A stretch of DNA of 64,000 nucleotides, taken from assembly GCF_947087965.1 (NCBI RefSeq), contig NZ_CAMUES010000009.1, positions 8,695-72,694 on the forward strand, in the 5' to 3' direction. Made by a program: the position numbers and the translations under genes. The notes beneath the pieces are model-generated. The model had not been told where the DNA came from and made no database searches. It saw only the letters and a list, made by a program, of their open reading frames with translations. This document shows, one piece after another, positions 18,511 through 28,244 of this stretch (position 1 is its first letter; each line of letters opens with the position of its first letter). The DNA comes from an uncultured Mobiluncus sp. (GTDB lineage: Bacteria > Actinomycetota > Actinomycetes > Actinomycetales > Actinomycetaceae).

Positions 18511-19590
18511 ATGAGCGAAAACGTGTTGAGTCCGCTGGATACAGAGGGTTTGGAACGGGAAGTCACCGCGGCTTTACAGGACATCGCGGCGGCCGCCGAT
18601 GTGGAGTCGTTGAAAGCGGTGCGTTCCCGCTACAACGGCGACAAAGCGCCCTTGACCCTGGCAAAGAAACTTATCGGGAAACTCGATCCTCAGGATAAAG
18701 CCACCGCGGGTCAGAACTTGGGGGCTGCCCAAGGGCGGGTCCGGGCGGCTCTGGACGCCAAACAGATCGAACTGCAGGAAGCCGCGCAAGAGGCAGCTTT
18801 GGAGGCGGAGACCGTGGACGTGAGCGTGTTGTCCTCGCGTCACCCGCTGGGATCGCGCCACCCGCTGATGGTGTTGGAAGAGGAAGTCGCGGACTTTTTC
18901 GTGTCTCTGGGGTGGGACATTGCGGCTGGTCCCCAAGTGGAACACGAGTGGTTCAACTTTGATGCGTTGAACTTCGATGCCGATCACCCGGCACGTCAGA
19001 TGCAAGACACTCTCTATGTCGATTCCACTTCCGTGGGGGGCAGCGCGGAAAACCCCGCCAACCTGGTGTTGCGCACACACACCTCCCCGGTTCAGGCGCG
19101 TCTGTTGACGACCCGCGAGTTGCCGATTTACGTGGCTATTCCCGGCAAAGTCTTTCGCGCTGACGAACTTGACCCCACCCACTCTCCGGTGTTTAACCAG
19201 GTGGAGGGCTTGGCGGTGGATCAGGGTCTAACGATGGCGGACTTGAAGGGGACTCTGGATCACTTTGCCCGCGCCATGTTCGGCCCGGAGGCGAAAACCC
19301 GCTTCAGACCATCGTTCTTTCCCTTCACCGAACCTTCCGCGGAGGTAGACCTGTGGTTCCCGCAAAAGAAAGGAGGCCCCGGCTGGATTGAGTGGGGCGG
19401 TTGCGGCATGGTGAATCCGAATGTGCTGCGTGCCTGCGGGATTGACACAGAGGTTTATCAGGGATTTGCTTTCGGGATGGGCATTGAGCGCACGCTGATG
19501 CTGCGTCACGGCATAGAGGATATGCACGACATCGTGGAAGGCGACGTGAGGTTCTCAGATCAGTTCGGCGTGAATGGAAAGGGGCGCTAA
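18511..19590 (+). CDS. pheS: Phenylalanine--tRNA ligase alpha subunit
   Basis: HPARQMQDT, LRTHTSPVQ, FPFTEPSAE, GFAFGMGIER. Confidence 0.97.
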   Translation: MSENVLSPLDTEGLEREVTAALQDIAAAADVESLKAVRSRYNGDKAPLTLAKKLIGKLDPQDKATAGQNLGAAQGRVRAALDAKQIELQEAAQEAALEAETVDVSVLSSRHPLGSRHPLMVLEEEVADFFVSLGWDIAAGPQVEHEWFNFDALNFDADHPARQMQDTLYVDSTSVGGSAENPANLVLRTHTSPVQARLLTTRELPIYVAIPGKVFRADELDPTHSPVFNQVEGLAVDQGLTMADLKGTLDHFARAMFGPEAKTRFRPSFFPFTEPSAEVDLWFPQKKGGPGWIEWGGCGMVNPNVLRACGIDTEVYQGFAFGMGIERTLMLRHGIEDMHDIVEGDVRFSDQFGVNGKGR

Positions 19591-19592
19591 AA

Positions 19593-22211
19593 ATGGCTTT
19601 TGTTTCGATTGAATGGTTGCGTCGGTGGACGGAAGTTCCCGCGGACACCAGCGCGTCCCAACTCGCAAAAGACCTGGTAAAGGTCGGTCTGGAAGAGGAA
19701 ACGATCCACACGTCCGGGGTGACGGGTCCGCTGGTGTGCGGCCGGGTGGCCTCGATGGTTCCCGAAACGGCTTCCAACGGTAAAACCGTCAACTACTGCC
19801 GGGTAGACGTGGGTGAGGAATTTAACGATGCGCCCGGCACCGGCAAGGAGCCCTCCGACATTCCCAGCCGCAGTATCATTTGCGGGGCACACAACTTCAA
19901 AGAGGGCGATCATGTGGTGGTTTCTCTGCCGGGAGCCGTGCTGCCCGGCGATTTTGCCATCGCCACCCGGAAAACTTACGGACATATTTCGGACGGCATG
20001 ATTTGTTCGGCTCGTGAGTTGGGTTTAGGCGAGGAATTTGATGGCATCATCGTTTTGGAGGAGTACCTGGGCGAGCGCGGTGTGCAAGTTCCCACCCCCG
20101 GCACCGATATGCTGCCCATCTTGGGACTGAACCAGGAACTTTTGGAAATCAACATCACCCCCGACCGTGGCTACTGTTTCTCGATGCGCGGGGTAGGTCG
20201 TGAATGCAGTCACTCCACGGGCGCAAAGTTTATCGACTGGGGCTTGGCTGAAAACCTGAAAAACGGCTTGCCCGCGGCCAATGATTCCGGCTTCCCGGTC
20301 GAAATCGAGGACGCGGCTCCGATTCGCGGCCATGTGGGGTGCAATCGGTTCGTGGCGCGGATAGTGCGCGGACTGAATCCGAGCGCCCCCACGCCGCAGT
20401 GGATGGTGGCACGGCTGGAATCGGCGGGAATGCGTTCCATATCTTTGCCAGTTGATGTGACGAACTACGTCATGTTGGACCTGGGTCAGCCCATGCACGC
20501 TTATGACCTGGACAAAGTGACCGGCCCCATTGTGGTGCGCCGAGCCCGTCAAGGCGAACAGCACACTACCTTGGACGACGTAGAACGCACCTTGGACGCG
20601 GAGGATCTGTTGATTACTGACTGCCAGGGCGGTCACGGCGCGCGTGTGCTTGGCATCGCTGGAGTGATGGGTGGCGCGGAAACGGAGATGACCGAAACCT
20701 CCACGAACGTTCTGTTGGAAGCGGCGCATTTCGACGCGGTGTCCGTGGCTCGTTCGGCGCGCCGTCACAAGCTGCCCTCCGAGGCTTCAAAGCGTTTCGA
20801 GCGCGGTTCCGACCCCGAACTTCCGCCGGTGGCGGCTCAGTATGCGGCCGAGCTACTGGTGGAATACGGCGGTGGCACCATTGACGCGGGGGTCACCGAC
20901 GTCAACAACGTCACGCCCCAACCAACCGTGACCTTGCCTTTTGCGGCCGCAACTCAACTCGTCGGGGTGGACTACGCGCCCGAGAGGGTGGAGGAACTCT
21001 TGCGTGCCATTGGCTGTGACGTTACTAAGTCCAGCGATGACACGTTCGCGGTCATGCCCCCCTCGTGGCGTCCCGATTTGGTCGGTGGTCCCGCCCATCT
21101 AATTGAAGAAATTGCCCGACTGGACGGCTACGACAAGATTCCTTCCGTGGTGCCGGTCGGACCCGCCAAGATTGGTAACCCGGCGCCGCTGCGAACCCGT
21201 CGTGAGGTCAGTGATACGTTGGCCGAAGCGGGTTTGACCGAAGTCATGACTTACCCCTTCTTGGGCAATGAACACGATTTGATGGGGCTGCCGGCCGATG
21301 ATCCGCGCCGCGACACCGTCAAGCTGGCCAACCCGCTGGCTGATGATGCCCCCGCACTGCGCAGTTCTCTGCTGGATACCTTGCTGAACACGGCTTCGCG
21401 CAATGTGTCTCGCGGCAATCCGCGGGTGGCGATTTTTGAGTTGGACCAGGTCGTTAGTGCGCAGGGAGTCGTTCCGGCGCCGATTCCCGGAGTGGAGGAA
21501 AAGCCCAGCGACGAAGTTATGCAGGCGCTGCGAGCGGGAGTGCCGAAGCAACCCTGGCACGTGGCGGCGGTGCTGGCGGGAAACGCTATAGAAGCCAGCC
21601 CTCACGACGCGGCGCGGGCCTGGGACTGGGCGGACGCTATCGAGCTGGCGATTCGCGTTGCGGTTTCGCAAGGTTTGGCGGTGCGTCCCGAAGCCCTGGG
21701 CGCCGGGGGACAAGCCACGGTCGCCGCGCCTTTCCACCCCGGACGGGTCGCGCAAATTCGCGTAGGGGCGCTCACCGGGGGAAAGGTGCTGGGCTACGCC
21801 GGCGAACTGCACCCCAAGGTGTGCCAAAACTTCGGCCTGCCGCCTCGGACTTGCGCATTTGAACTGGATCTGGACGCGATTGAAAAGTCCCGCCCCAAGG
21901 ACGCGTTCCAGCTGCGTCCCGTCTCGACATTCCCGGTCGCCAAGGAAGACTTGGCTTTCGTCGTGAAGCAAGACGTTCCCGCGCTGAAGGTCTATAACGC
22001 CATCGCGAAGGCCGGTGAAGGGCTAGTTGAGGAACTGCGCTTGTTCGATGTGTTTGAGAATGCGGAACAGCTGGGGGAGGATCGGAAATCCCTGGCCTTT
22101 GCGTTGCGGCTGCGTGCCGCTGACCATACGCTGAGCCCTCAGGAAATCAAGGAAACCCGAAACCGCATCATCAAGAAGGTCGAGAAAACCTGCCAGGCGA
22201 CCCTGCGCTAG
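19593..22211 (+). CDS. pheT: Phenylalanine--tRNA ligase beta subunit
   Basis: Follows pheS. SDGMICSARELG, ITPDRGY, SEASKRFERG, PSWRPDL...IEEIARL, C-terminal anticodon-binding domain. Confidence 0.97.
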   Translation: MAFVSIEWLRRWTEVPADTSASQLAKDLVKVGLEEETIHTSGVTGPLVCGRVASMVPETASNGKTVNYCRVDVGEEFNDAPGTGKEPSDIPSRSIICGAHNFKEGDHVVVSLPGAVLPGDFAIATRKTYGHISDGMICSARELGLGEEFDGIIVLEEYLGERGVQVPTPGTDMLPILGLNQELLEINITPDRGYCFSMRGVGRECSHSTGAKFIDWGLAENLKNGLPAANDSGFPVEIEDAAPIRGHVGCNRFVARIVRGLNPSAPTPQWMVARLESAGMRSISLPVDVTNYVMLDLGQPMHAYDLDKVTGPIVVRRARQGEQHTTLDDVERTLDAEDLLITDCQGGHGARVLGIAGVMGGAETEMTETSTNVLLEAAHFDAVSVARSARRHKLPSEASKRFERGSDPELPPVAAQYAAELLVEYGGGTIDAGVTDVNNVTPQPTVTLPFAAATQLVGVDYAPERVEELLRAIGCDVTKSSDDTFAVMPPSWRPDLVGGPAHLIEEIARLDGYDKIPSVVPVGPAKIGNPAPLRTRREVSDTLAEAGLTEVMTYPFLGNEHDLMGLPADDPRRDTVKLANPLADDAPALRSSLLDTLLNTASRNVSRGNPRVAIFELDQVVSAQGVVPAPIPGVEEKPSDEVMQALRAGVPKQPWHVAAVLAGNAIEASPHDAARAWDWADAIELAIRVAVSQGLAVRPEALGAGGQATVAAPFHPGRVAQIRVGALTGGKVLGYAGELHPKVCQNFGLPPRTCAFELDLDAIEKSRPKDAFQLRPVSTFPVAKEDLAFVVKQDVPALKVYNAIAKAGEGLVEELRLFDVFENAEQLGEDRKSLAFALRLRAADHTLSPQEIKETRNRIIKKVEKTCQATLR

Positions 22212-22271
22212 GAGCCTCGGAACAATCTGCCCCAGCCGGGTGCAGTGGGTGACGCAACTTAAGGAGTAAGC

Positions 22272-22973
22272 GTGGCTAACCAGAATTCACGAGGTCGAAA
22301 GCGTTTCCTCATCGGAGTGATTCTGGTTCTGGTCCTGGTACTGGCGGGCGGTGCCGCGTTCCTACTGTGGAACGGGAACGCGAAAGGTTCGTGGCGCCTG
22401 GACAGCGCTTGGGCCGGCCAGAACCTGAATCATCCGGGGCCGGTAGGGGAACGGATGCTGGCGGGTGCCGTAGCCTACCTAGATACCGCGCCGAATTATG
22501 ATGGTTCCAAAGTGTATCCCGGCGGGGTGCCCAATGACGGCACCGGGGTGTGCACCGATGTGGTGTGGTACGCCGCCAAAGCGGCGGGAATGGACTTGCG
22601 CGAACTGGTTGACGCGGATCGGCGGGCTGACCCGCAGGCGTACGCCGCCACGGCTCCGAAGGACGAGATTCCCAATCCAGACATTGATTACCGCCGCGTG
22701 CGCAATCTCATCGTCTATTTCGACCGTCACGCCCAGAGCCTGACCACCGACACAACGGACGTGGCGTCTTGGCAGCCCGGAGACGTCGTGGTGTGGAAAG
22801 AGCACGTGGCGGTTATCTCAGATAGACGCAACGCCCAGGGTTTACCCTATGTTTTGCACCACGAAGGTAACGGGATTTGGTCCCACTATGAAGCGGATGC
22901 TTTTCGGCAACGCGGGAAACCCTGGCGGCACTATCGGCTAGAATCCTTGGGTGCGCAACTCGCCGGGCACTAG
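22272..22973 (+). CDS. DUF1287 family membrane-anchored protein
   Basis: N-terminal TM; GVCTDVV, IDYRRVRNL and WQPGDVVVW..HVAVISD motifs. Confidence 0.8.
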   Translation: MANQNSRGRKRFLIGVILVLVLVLAGGAAFLLWNGNAKGSWRLDSAWAGQNLNHPGPVGERMLAGAVAYLDTAPNYDGSKVYPGGVPNDGTGVCTDVVWYAAKAAGMDLRELVDADRRADPQAYAATAPKDEIPNPDIDYRRVRNLIVYFDRHAQSLTTDTTDVASWQPGDVVVWKEHVAVISDRRNAQGLPYVLHHEGNGIWSHYEADAFRQRGKPWRHYRLESLGAQLAGH

Positions 22974-23018
22974 TTTGCCAGGGCGTTTTTGGTCCTTTCA
23001 CGCCGATACCCAGACCCT

Positions 23019-23058
23019 TTAGCATAAATATGCAACTCTATGAATAAACATGTATAGT
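23019..23058 (+). promoter_or_regulatory. Tandem ARG boxes overlapping the argC promoter
   Basis: AGCATAAATATGCA and TGAATAAACATGTA palindromes resembling TG(C/A)ATAnnnAT(G/T)CA. -10 TATAGT at 23053-23058. Confidence 0.75.
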
Positions 23059-23064
23059 GGTGTT

Positions 23065-24147
23065 ATGGCAGAGATTTCAGGCAAAAAGGTCAAAGTCGCA
23101 GTCGCGGGCGCTTCCGGTTTCGCCGGCGGTGAGCTGCTGCGATTACTGTTGAATCACCCCCAGGTGGAAATCGGAGCTCTAACGGCGGCGTCCTCAGCCG
23201 GCGAGCCGTTGGGAAAGCATCACCCCCATCTGTTCTCATTGGCGCAACGAGTGCTGGAGTCTACAGATGTTGAGAATCTGGCGGGACACGATGTCGTTTT
23301 CTTAGGGCTTCCGCATGGGGCTTCGGGTCAGGTGACACGCGCCCTGCGCGATGCCGGGGTGAAGTCCCTGCTCATTGACTGCGGGGCGGATCACCGTTTG
23401 ACCGACCCGGCCGCGTGGCGGGACTACTACCATTCGGAACCCGAAGAACCTTGGACGTATTCGCTGCCGGAGCTGCTGCATGCTAATGAACGTGCGGCAC
23501 AGGCACAGCGTGACGCGTTGCGTCAGGCCTCGGAGATTGCGGTACCGGGGTGCAATGTGACCGCGGTGACTCTGGCGTTGCAGCCGGCGGTGTGGGCAGG
23601 ACTGGTGGATACGTCTGACATCGTGGCGAACCTTGCGGTGGGCTATTCTGGGGCTGGCAAAGCCATGAAATCTCACTTGCTGGCTGTGGCGGCATTCGGC
23701 AACGCCCAAGGCTATTCTATGGCTGGCGTACACCGGCATATCCCCGAAATCGCACAGAATTTCCGAGTCTCCGGCGCCACCGAAGTCAAGCTCAGTTTCA
23801 CCCCCGTACTGGTTCCCATGAATCGCGGCATTCTCGCTACCGTTACCGCGCCCCTGGTTGGGACTGGTGACCCGAGCGAACTGCGGCGCGCCTATCACGA
23901 AGTTTGTGACAAAGAACCCCTATTGGAATTCCTTCCCGAGGGCAGTTGGCCCACCGTGTCGATGGTGAGCGGCTGCGCCAAAGCTGCCATCCAAATGGCG
24001 GTGGATGAACGCGCTGGTAAAGTTGTGGCGCAATGCGCTATCGATAACTTGGGCAAAGGCACCGCAGCGGGCGCCATTCAGGGCATGAATCTGGCTTTGG
24101 GATTCCCGGAGTTGACCGGGGTTCCGGTGGTATCAACCGCGCCGTAA
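23065..24147 (+). CDS. argC: N-acetyl-gamma-glutamyl-phosphate reductase
   Basis: GASGFAGGELLRLL, VPGC, SGAGK, HRHIPEI, IDNLGKGTAAGAIQ. Confidence 0.95.
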   Translation: MAEISGKKVKVAVAGASGFAGGELLRLLLNHPQVEIGALTAASSAGEPLGKHHPHLFSLAQRVLESTDVENLAGHDVVFLGLPHGASGQVTRALRDAGVKSLLIDCGADHRLTDPAAWRDYYHSEPEEPWTYSLPELLHANERAAQAQRDALRQASEIAVPGCNVTAVTLALQPAVWAGLVDTSDIVANLAVGYSGAGKAMKSHLLAVAAFGNAQGYSMAGVHRHIPEIAQNFRVSGATEVKLSFTPVLVPMNRGILATVTAPLVGTGDPSELRRAYHEVCDKEPLLEFLPEGSWPTVSMVSGCAKAAIQMAVDERAGKVVAQCAIDNLGKGTAAGAIQGMNLALGFPELTGVPVVSTAP

Positions 24148-24154
24148 ACACTAT

Positions 24155-24192
24155 TTTGTAAATTTATACAGGATAGCTTATATTTATGAAAA
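24155..24192 (+). promoter_or_regulatory. Second pair of ARG-box-like sites upstream of argJ
   Basis: TGTAAATTTATACA and CTTATATTTATGAA in an AT-rich argC-argJ spacer. Confidence 0.5.
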
Positions 24193-24227
24193 CTGTTTAG
24201 GAAACAGTCGTACCAGGAGGAAACGCA

Positions 24228-25391
24228 ATGAGTGTGACTTTCCCGAGAGGATTCGAGGCTAGCGGAGCTCACGTGGGCCTGCGCGGCAAACTGCACCCGG
24301 ACATGGCTATTGTCAGGAATCTAGGTCCTGACTACACCGTGTCGGGAGTGTTTACTTCCAATCGTGTGTTTGCCGCTCCGGTGGGTTGGGACCGGAAAAT
24401 CGTTGCGGGTGGCCAGGCTCAAGCGGTAGTCATTAACTCGGCAATCGCCAACGCTTGTACTGGTGAACAGGGGGATCGGGATGCCGCCGCGACGGCAGCG
24501 CATCTGGGTCAGGTCCTGGGCGTGGCTGAAAATGAATGTTTGGTGTGCTCCACCGGAATCATCGGACGAGCTCTAGATATGCCAAAAATAACTGCTGGAA
24601 TTGATACAGTCGCTGCCAAACTGCGTGCGGATGGGGGCGACGAAGCGGCCGAAGCTATCCTCACTACTGACACGAAGTCGAAAACGGCCACCCACGAAAA
24701 TCCTTCCGGTTGGAAAATCGGCGGCATGGCGAAAGGCGCCGGAATGTTGGCTCCCGCCCTGGCGACCATGATTGTAATAATCACCACCGACGCGGTTTGG
24801 GACGGTGCCACCCTGCAGACGATGCTGTCCGACACGGTTGAAAAAACGTTTAACCGTCTCGACTCGGACGGCTGTATGTCCACCAACGACACCGTGCTGC
24901 TACTGGCATCCGGCGCTTCCGGAATCAAGCCTGACCCGGACGAGTTCGCCACCGGCCTTATGCAGGTCTGCAAAAGCCTGGCCCTGCAGTTACTGGGAGA
25001 CGCCGAGGGAGCCCACCATGATATCGAGATTCGGGTGACCGGGGCGGCCAGTGAAGCGGGCGCACTCGAGGCCGCCCGGACGATTTCGCGGTCCAACCTG
25101 GTGAAAACCGCCGTGTACGGCAACGACCCAAACTGGGGGCGTATTCTGTCCCAGCTGGGCACAGTGCCGGAAGACGTCTTGCCTTTCGACCCGGCTCATG
25201 TGGATGTTGCCATCAACGGCGTGAAAGTCTGTAAAAACGGGGGAATCGGTGAGGACCCCTACTCGGTTGACATGAGCCCGCGAGAGTGCCAAATCTTGGT
25301 CGAGCTGCACGCCGGTCAGGAAGAGGCCCACTTGTGGACCAGTGACTTGACCCAGGAATACGTGCATATCAACGGGGATTACACCACGTAA
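24228..25391 (+). CDS. argJ: Glutamate N-acetyltransferase / ornithine acetyltransferase
   Basis: GVFTSN, CSTGIIG, KGAGMLAPALATM, DGCMSTNDT, GNDPNWGRI. Confidence 0.96.
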   Translation: MSVTFPRGFEASGAHVGLRGKLHPDMAIVRNLGPDYTVSGVFTSNRVFAAPVGWDRKIVAGGQAQAVVINSAIANACTGEQGDRDAAATAAHLGQVLGVAENECLVCSTGIIGRALDMPKITAGIDTVAAKLRADGGDEAAEAILTTDTKSKTATHENPSGWKIGGMAKGAGMLAPALATMIVIITTDAVWDGATLQTMLSDTVEKTFNRLDSDGCMSTNDTVLLLASGASGIKPDPDEFATGLMQVCKSLALQLLGDAEGAHHDIEIRVTGAASEAGALEAARTISRSNLVKTAVYGNDPNWGRILSQLGTVPEDVLPFDPAHVDVAINGVKVCKNGGIGEDPYSVDMSPRECQILVELHAGQEEAHLWTSDLTQEYVHINGDYTT

Positions 25392-25457
25392 CCAACCCTG
25401 GGGGGACAATTCCCAGCCTAACGACACGGTCCAGGACTGAATAATGGAAGGAACGCG

Positions 25458-26381
25458 ATGATTACGCCGATACAAAAGACCGAAGTGCTGCTGGAGGCCA
25501 TGCCGTGGCTACGCAGTTACCGCGGCGCTACCGTCGTCATCAAATACGGCGGCAACGCGATGGTCAACGAAGACTTGCGTCGTGCTTTCGCTGCTGACAT
25601 TCAGTTCCTGCACCAGGTCGGTTTGCGGACGGTCGTGGTACACGGCGGAGGTCCGCAGATTACGGAGATGCTGGACCGTCTGGGTTTGGAGGCGCCGTTC
25701 ATCAACGGCTACCGGGTGACGACCCCGGAAGTCATGGAGGTCGTGCGCATGGTCCTCACCGGCAAGGTTCAGCGTGAGCTCGTGGGCTTGCTCAATGTTG
25801 AGGAATCTCTGGCAATTGGGCTCACCGGTGAGGACGCCGGCCTATTTGGGGCGCGGAAACGCCACTGCGAACCAGGCTGCGACCTGGGACTGGTCGGGGA
25901 TATCGTCAATGTTCATCCCCGTGCTGTCGTGGATCTGCTGGAACGGGGCAACATTCCGGTCATTTCCTCCATCGCCCCTTCCGTTGACGACCCTAACGTC
26001 GTGCTGAACGTCAACGCCGACGCGGTCGCGGCGGCCCTGGCTATCGGATTAAAGGCGCGCAAGCTCATTATCCTCACCGATGTCGAGGGACTTTACCGGG
26101 ATATTGATAACCCGGCATCCCTCATCAGATACTTGACCGCCAGCGAATTGGCGCGCATGCTGCCAACTTTGAAATCGGGAATGGTGCCAAAAATGCAGGC
26201 CTGTCTCGATGCTGTGCAGGGCGGCGTGTCTCGAGCGACTATCATTGACGGCCGCCTGGCTCACTCCATGCTCCTCGAAATCGTGACCGATCAAGGAACC
26301 GGTACCGAGGTTATCCCCGATAATCTCCGTCCGTCGGGCCTTCATAATGGTGAGCCTCTGCCCACGATACAGTTCCGGTGA
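25458..26381 (+). CDS. argB: Acetylglutamate kinase
   Basis: VIKYGGNAM, VHGGGPQI, NVNAD, GMVPK. Confidence 0.96.
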   Translation: MITPIQKTEVLLEAMPWLRSYRGATVVIKYGGNAMVNEDLRRAFAADIQFLHQVGLRTVVVHGGGPQITEMLDRLGLEAPFINGYRVTTPEVMEVVRMVLTGKVQRELVGLLNVEESLAIGLTGEDAGLFGARKRHCEPGCDLGLVGDIVNVHPRAVVDLLERGNIPVISSIAPSVDDPNVVLNVNADAVAAALAIGLKARKLIILTDVEGLYRDIDNPASLIRYLTASELARMLPTLKSGMVPKMQACLDAVQGGVSRATIIDGRLAHSMLLEIVTDQGTGTEVIPDNLRPSGLHNGEPLPTIQFR

Positions 26382-26425
26382 GCCTTGCCTCATACCTCCG
26401 AACCAGCCTAGTGAAAGAAGTAAAA

Positions 26426-27676
26426 ATGGACGTCAAAGAGTGGATTTCGCGCTACGAAAACTCGATTATGAATACTTTCGGGACTCCGAAAACCGTGTTG
26501 ACCCGCGGGGCGGGCTGCTTCGTGTGGGACGAGGACGGCCATCAGTACCTCGACTTGTTGGGCGGCATTGCGGTCAACGCGCTGGGACACGGACACCCGA
26601 ATATCGTCACTGCTTTGCACGAACAGGTCGAAACGTTAGGCCACGTCAGCAACTATTTTGCGACCCAACCTCAGATTGAGGCCGCAGAGCGGATTTTGTC
26701 CATAGTCGAGCCCGGAGGGGCTCCGCAGGGTTCCCGCGTGTTCTTTACCAACTCTGGTACCGAAGCGCTGGAGGCGGCGTTTAAGTTGGCGCGAGCGCGC
26801 GGAGGAGCTGCGCGAAGCAGGTTCCTCGCGTTGGAAAACTCTTTCCACGGCCGTACCATGGGAGCCCTGTCATTGACCTACAAATCGATTTTCCGCGATC
26901 CTTTCCTGCCGATGCCCGCCGAAGTTGATTTCCTGCCTTACAACATCGCTGCTCTGGAACGCGCTTTTGACGGGGAGCGGGGAGAGTCCATCGCGGCTCT
27001 GTTCATCGAGCCGATTCAAGGCGAAGCCGGGGTGCGTCCGATTTCTGACGATTTCCTCAAGGTCGCGCGCGAAGTAACGGCCCGTGCCGGCGCCCTGCTG
27101 GTTTTGGATGAAGTGCAAACCGGCATGGGGCGGACAGGAGCCTGGATGGCTCACCACACGGCGGGAATAGTTCCGGACGTAGTGACGTTGGCAAAAGGGC
27201 TGGGCGCCGGGTTCCCGGTCGGGGCTTGCGTGGCTCTTAACGCCGAGGCGGCAGGCGTGTTAAAGCCGGGGATGCACGGTTCAACTTTTGCGGGAAATCC
27301 GCTGGCTGGAGCCTCCGTGTTGGCGATGATTAACACGGTTGAAGAGGAAGGCCTGCTGTCTAATGTGCAAAACGTAGGGGAAATCTGGAAACGTGAAATC
27401 CTCGCACTGGAGCACCCCCTCATCAGCGAAGTTCGAGGGCGGGGCTTGCTGCTGGGAATCGGGTTGCGCAATCCTCTGGCCAAACTGCTGGCAGATGAAC
27501 TGTTCAGAGCCGGATTCATCGTGAACGCCCCGGATACGTTCACCATTCGTCTGGCGCCGCCGCTTATAATCAACCCCTCTCAGACCCGCATGTTTACCCA
27601 AGCGCTGCCGGAAATCTTGGACCGGGTGCAGCGCCAGGCAGACGAAGAAATTCGACTCGGAGTTCCTCGTGTCTGA
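26426..27676 (+). CDS. argD: Acetylornithine aminotransferase
   Basis: GGIAVNALGH, NSGTEA, FHGRT, EPIQGEAG, DEVQTGMGRTG, TLAKGLG. Start could alternatively be 26378. Confidence 0.93.
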   Translation: MDVKEWISRYENSIMNTFGTPKTVLTRGAGCFVWDEDGHQYLDLLGGIAVNALGHGHPNIVTALHEQVETLGHVSNYFATQPQIEAAERILSIVEPGGAPQGSRVFFTNSGTEALEAAFKLARARGGAARSRFLALENSFHGRTMGALSLTYKSIFRDPFLPMPAEVDFLPYNIAALERAFDGERGESIAALFIEPIQGEAGVRPISDDFLKVAREVTARAGALLVLDEVQTGMGRTGAWMAHHTAGIVPDVVTLAKGLGAGFPVGACVALNAEAAGVLKPGMHGSTFAGNPLAGASVLAMINTVEEEGLLSNVQNVGEIWKREILALEHPLISEVRGRGLLLGIGLRNPLAKLLADELFRAGFIVNAPDTFTIRLAPPLIINPSQTRMFTQALPEILDRVQRQADEEIRLGVPRV

Positions 27677-28160
27677 AAACCTGGTAGTCCAATCGAAAAT
27701 TGCTCGCCACAGTGCTATTTCCCGGCTGTTGGCGGATAACGTGGTGCGCTCTCAAGGGGCTTTGCAAATTCTGCTGGAAAACGCCGGGTTCTCGGTCACA
27801 CAAGCGACGCTATCGCGCGACCTGGAGGAACTTGCGGCTACTAAAGTGCGTGATGAAAAGGGAGATTTACGCTACGTTTTGGGCGGCGTGCGCACTGCCG
27901 CAGATATGCCGTTGCAGCTGCCGGGAACGTTGGAACGTTGGTGCGCCCCGCTTTTGATTCAGGCGACTCAGGCCATGAATCAGGTGGTGCTGCGCACTCC
28001 GCCAGCCACAGCCGGCACTCTGGCATCGGTCATTGACAAGGAAAATCTGGAACACGTGTTGGGCTGCTTAGCGGGCGACAATACCATTTTGGTCATCTGC
28101 GATAGCGTGGAATCCGCCAAAGAACTGCGCGATAAGCTGCGAGGCCTGGCCAAGCGCTAG
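27669..28160 (+). CDS. argR: Arginine repressor
   Basis: VTQATLSRDLEEL winged helix; VLRTPP and AGDNTI oligomerisation domain. Confidence 0.93.
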   Translation: MSENLVVQSKIARHSAISRLLADNVVRSQGALQILLENAGFSVTQATLSRDLEELAATKVRDEKGDLRYVLGGVRTAADMPLQLPGTLERWCAPLLIQATQAMNQVVLRTPPATAGTLASVIDKENLEHVLGCLAGDNTILVICDSVESAKELRDKLRGLAKR

Positions 28161-28244
28161 ACCTACATATTATTTCCCCAGATTTAAAACCTCAAGAACA
28201 CAATTTTTAGACCTATTTATCGAAAATGAGAAAGAGAGAGAACA

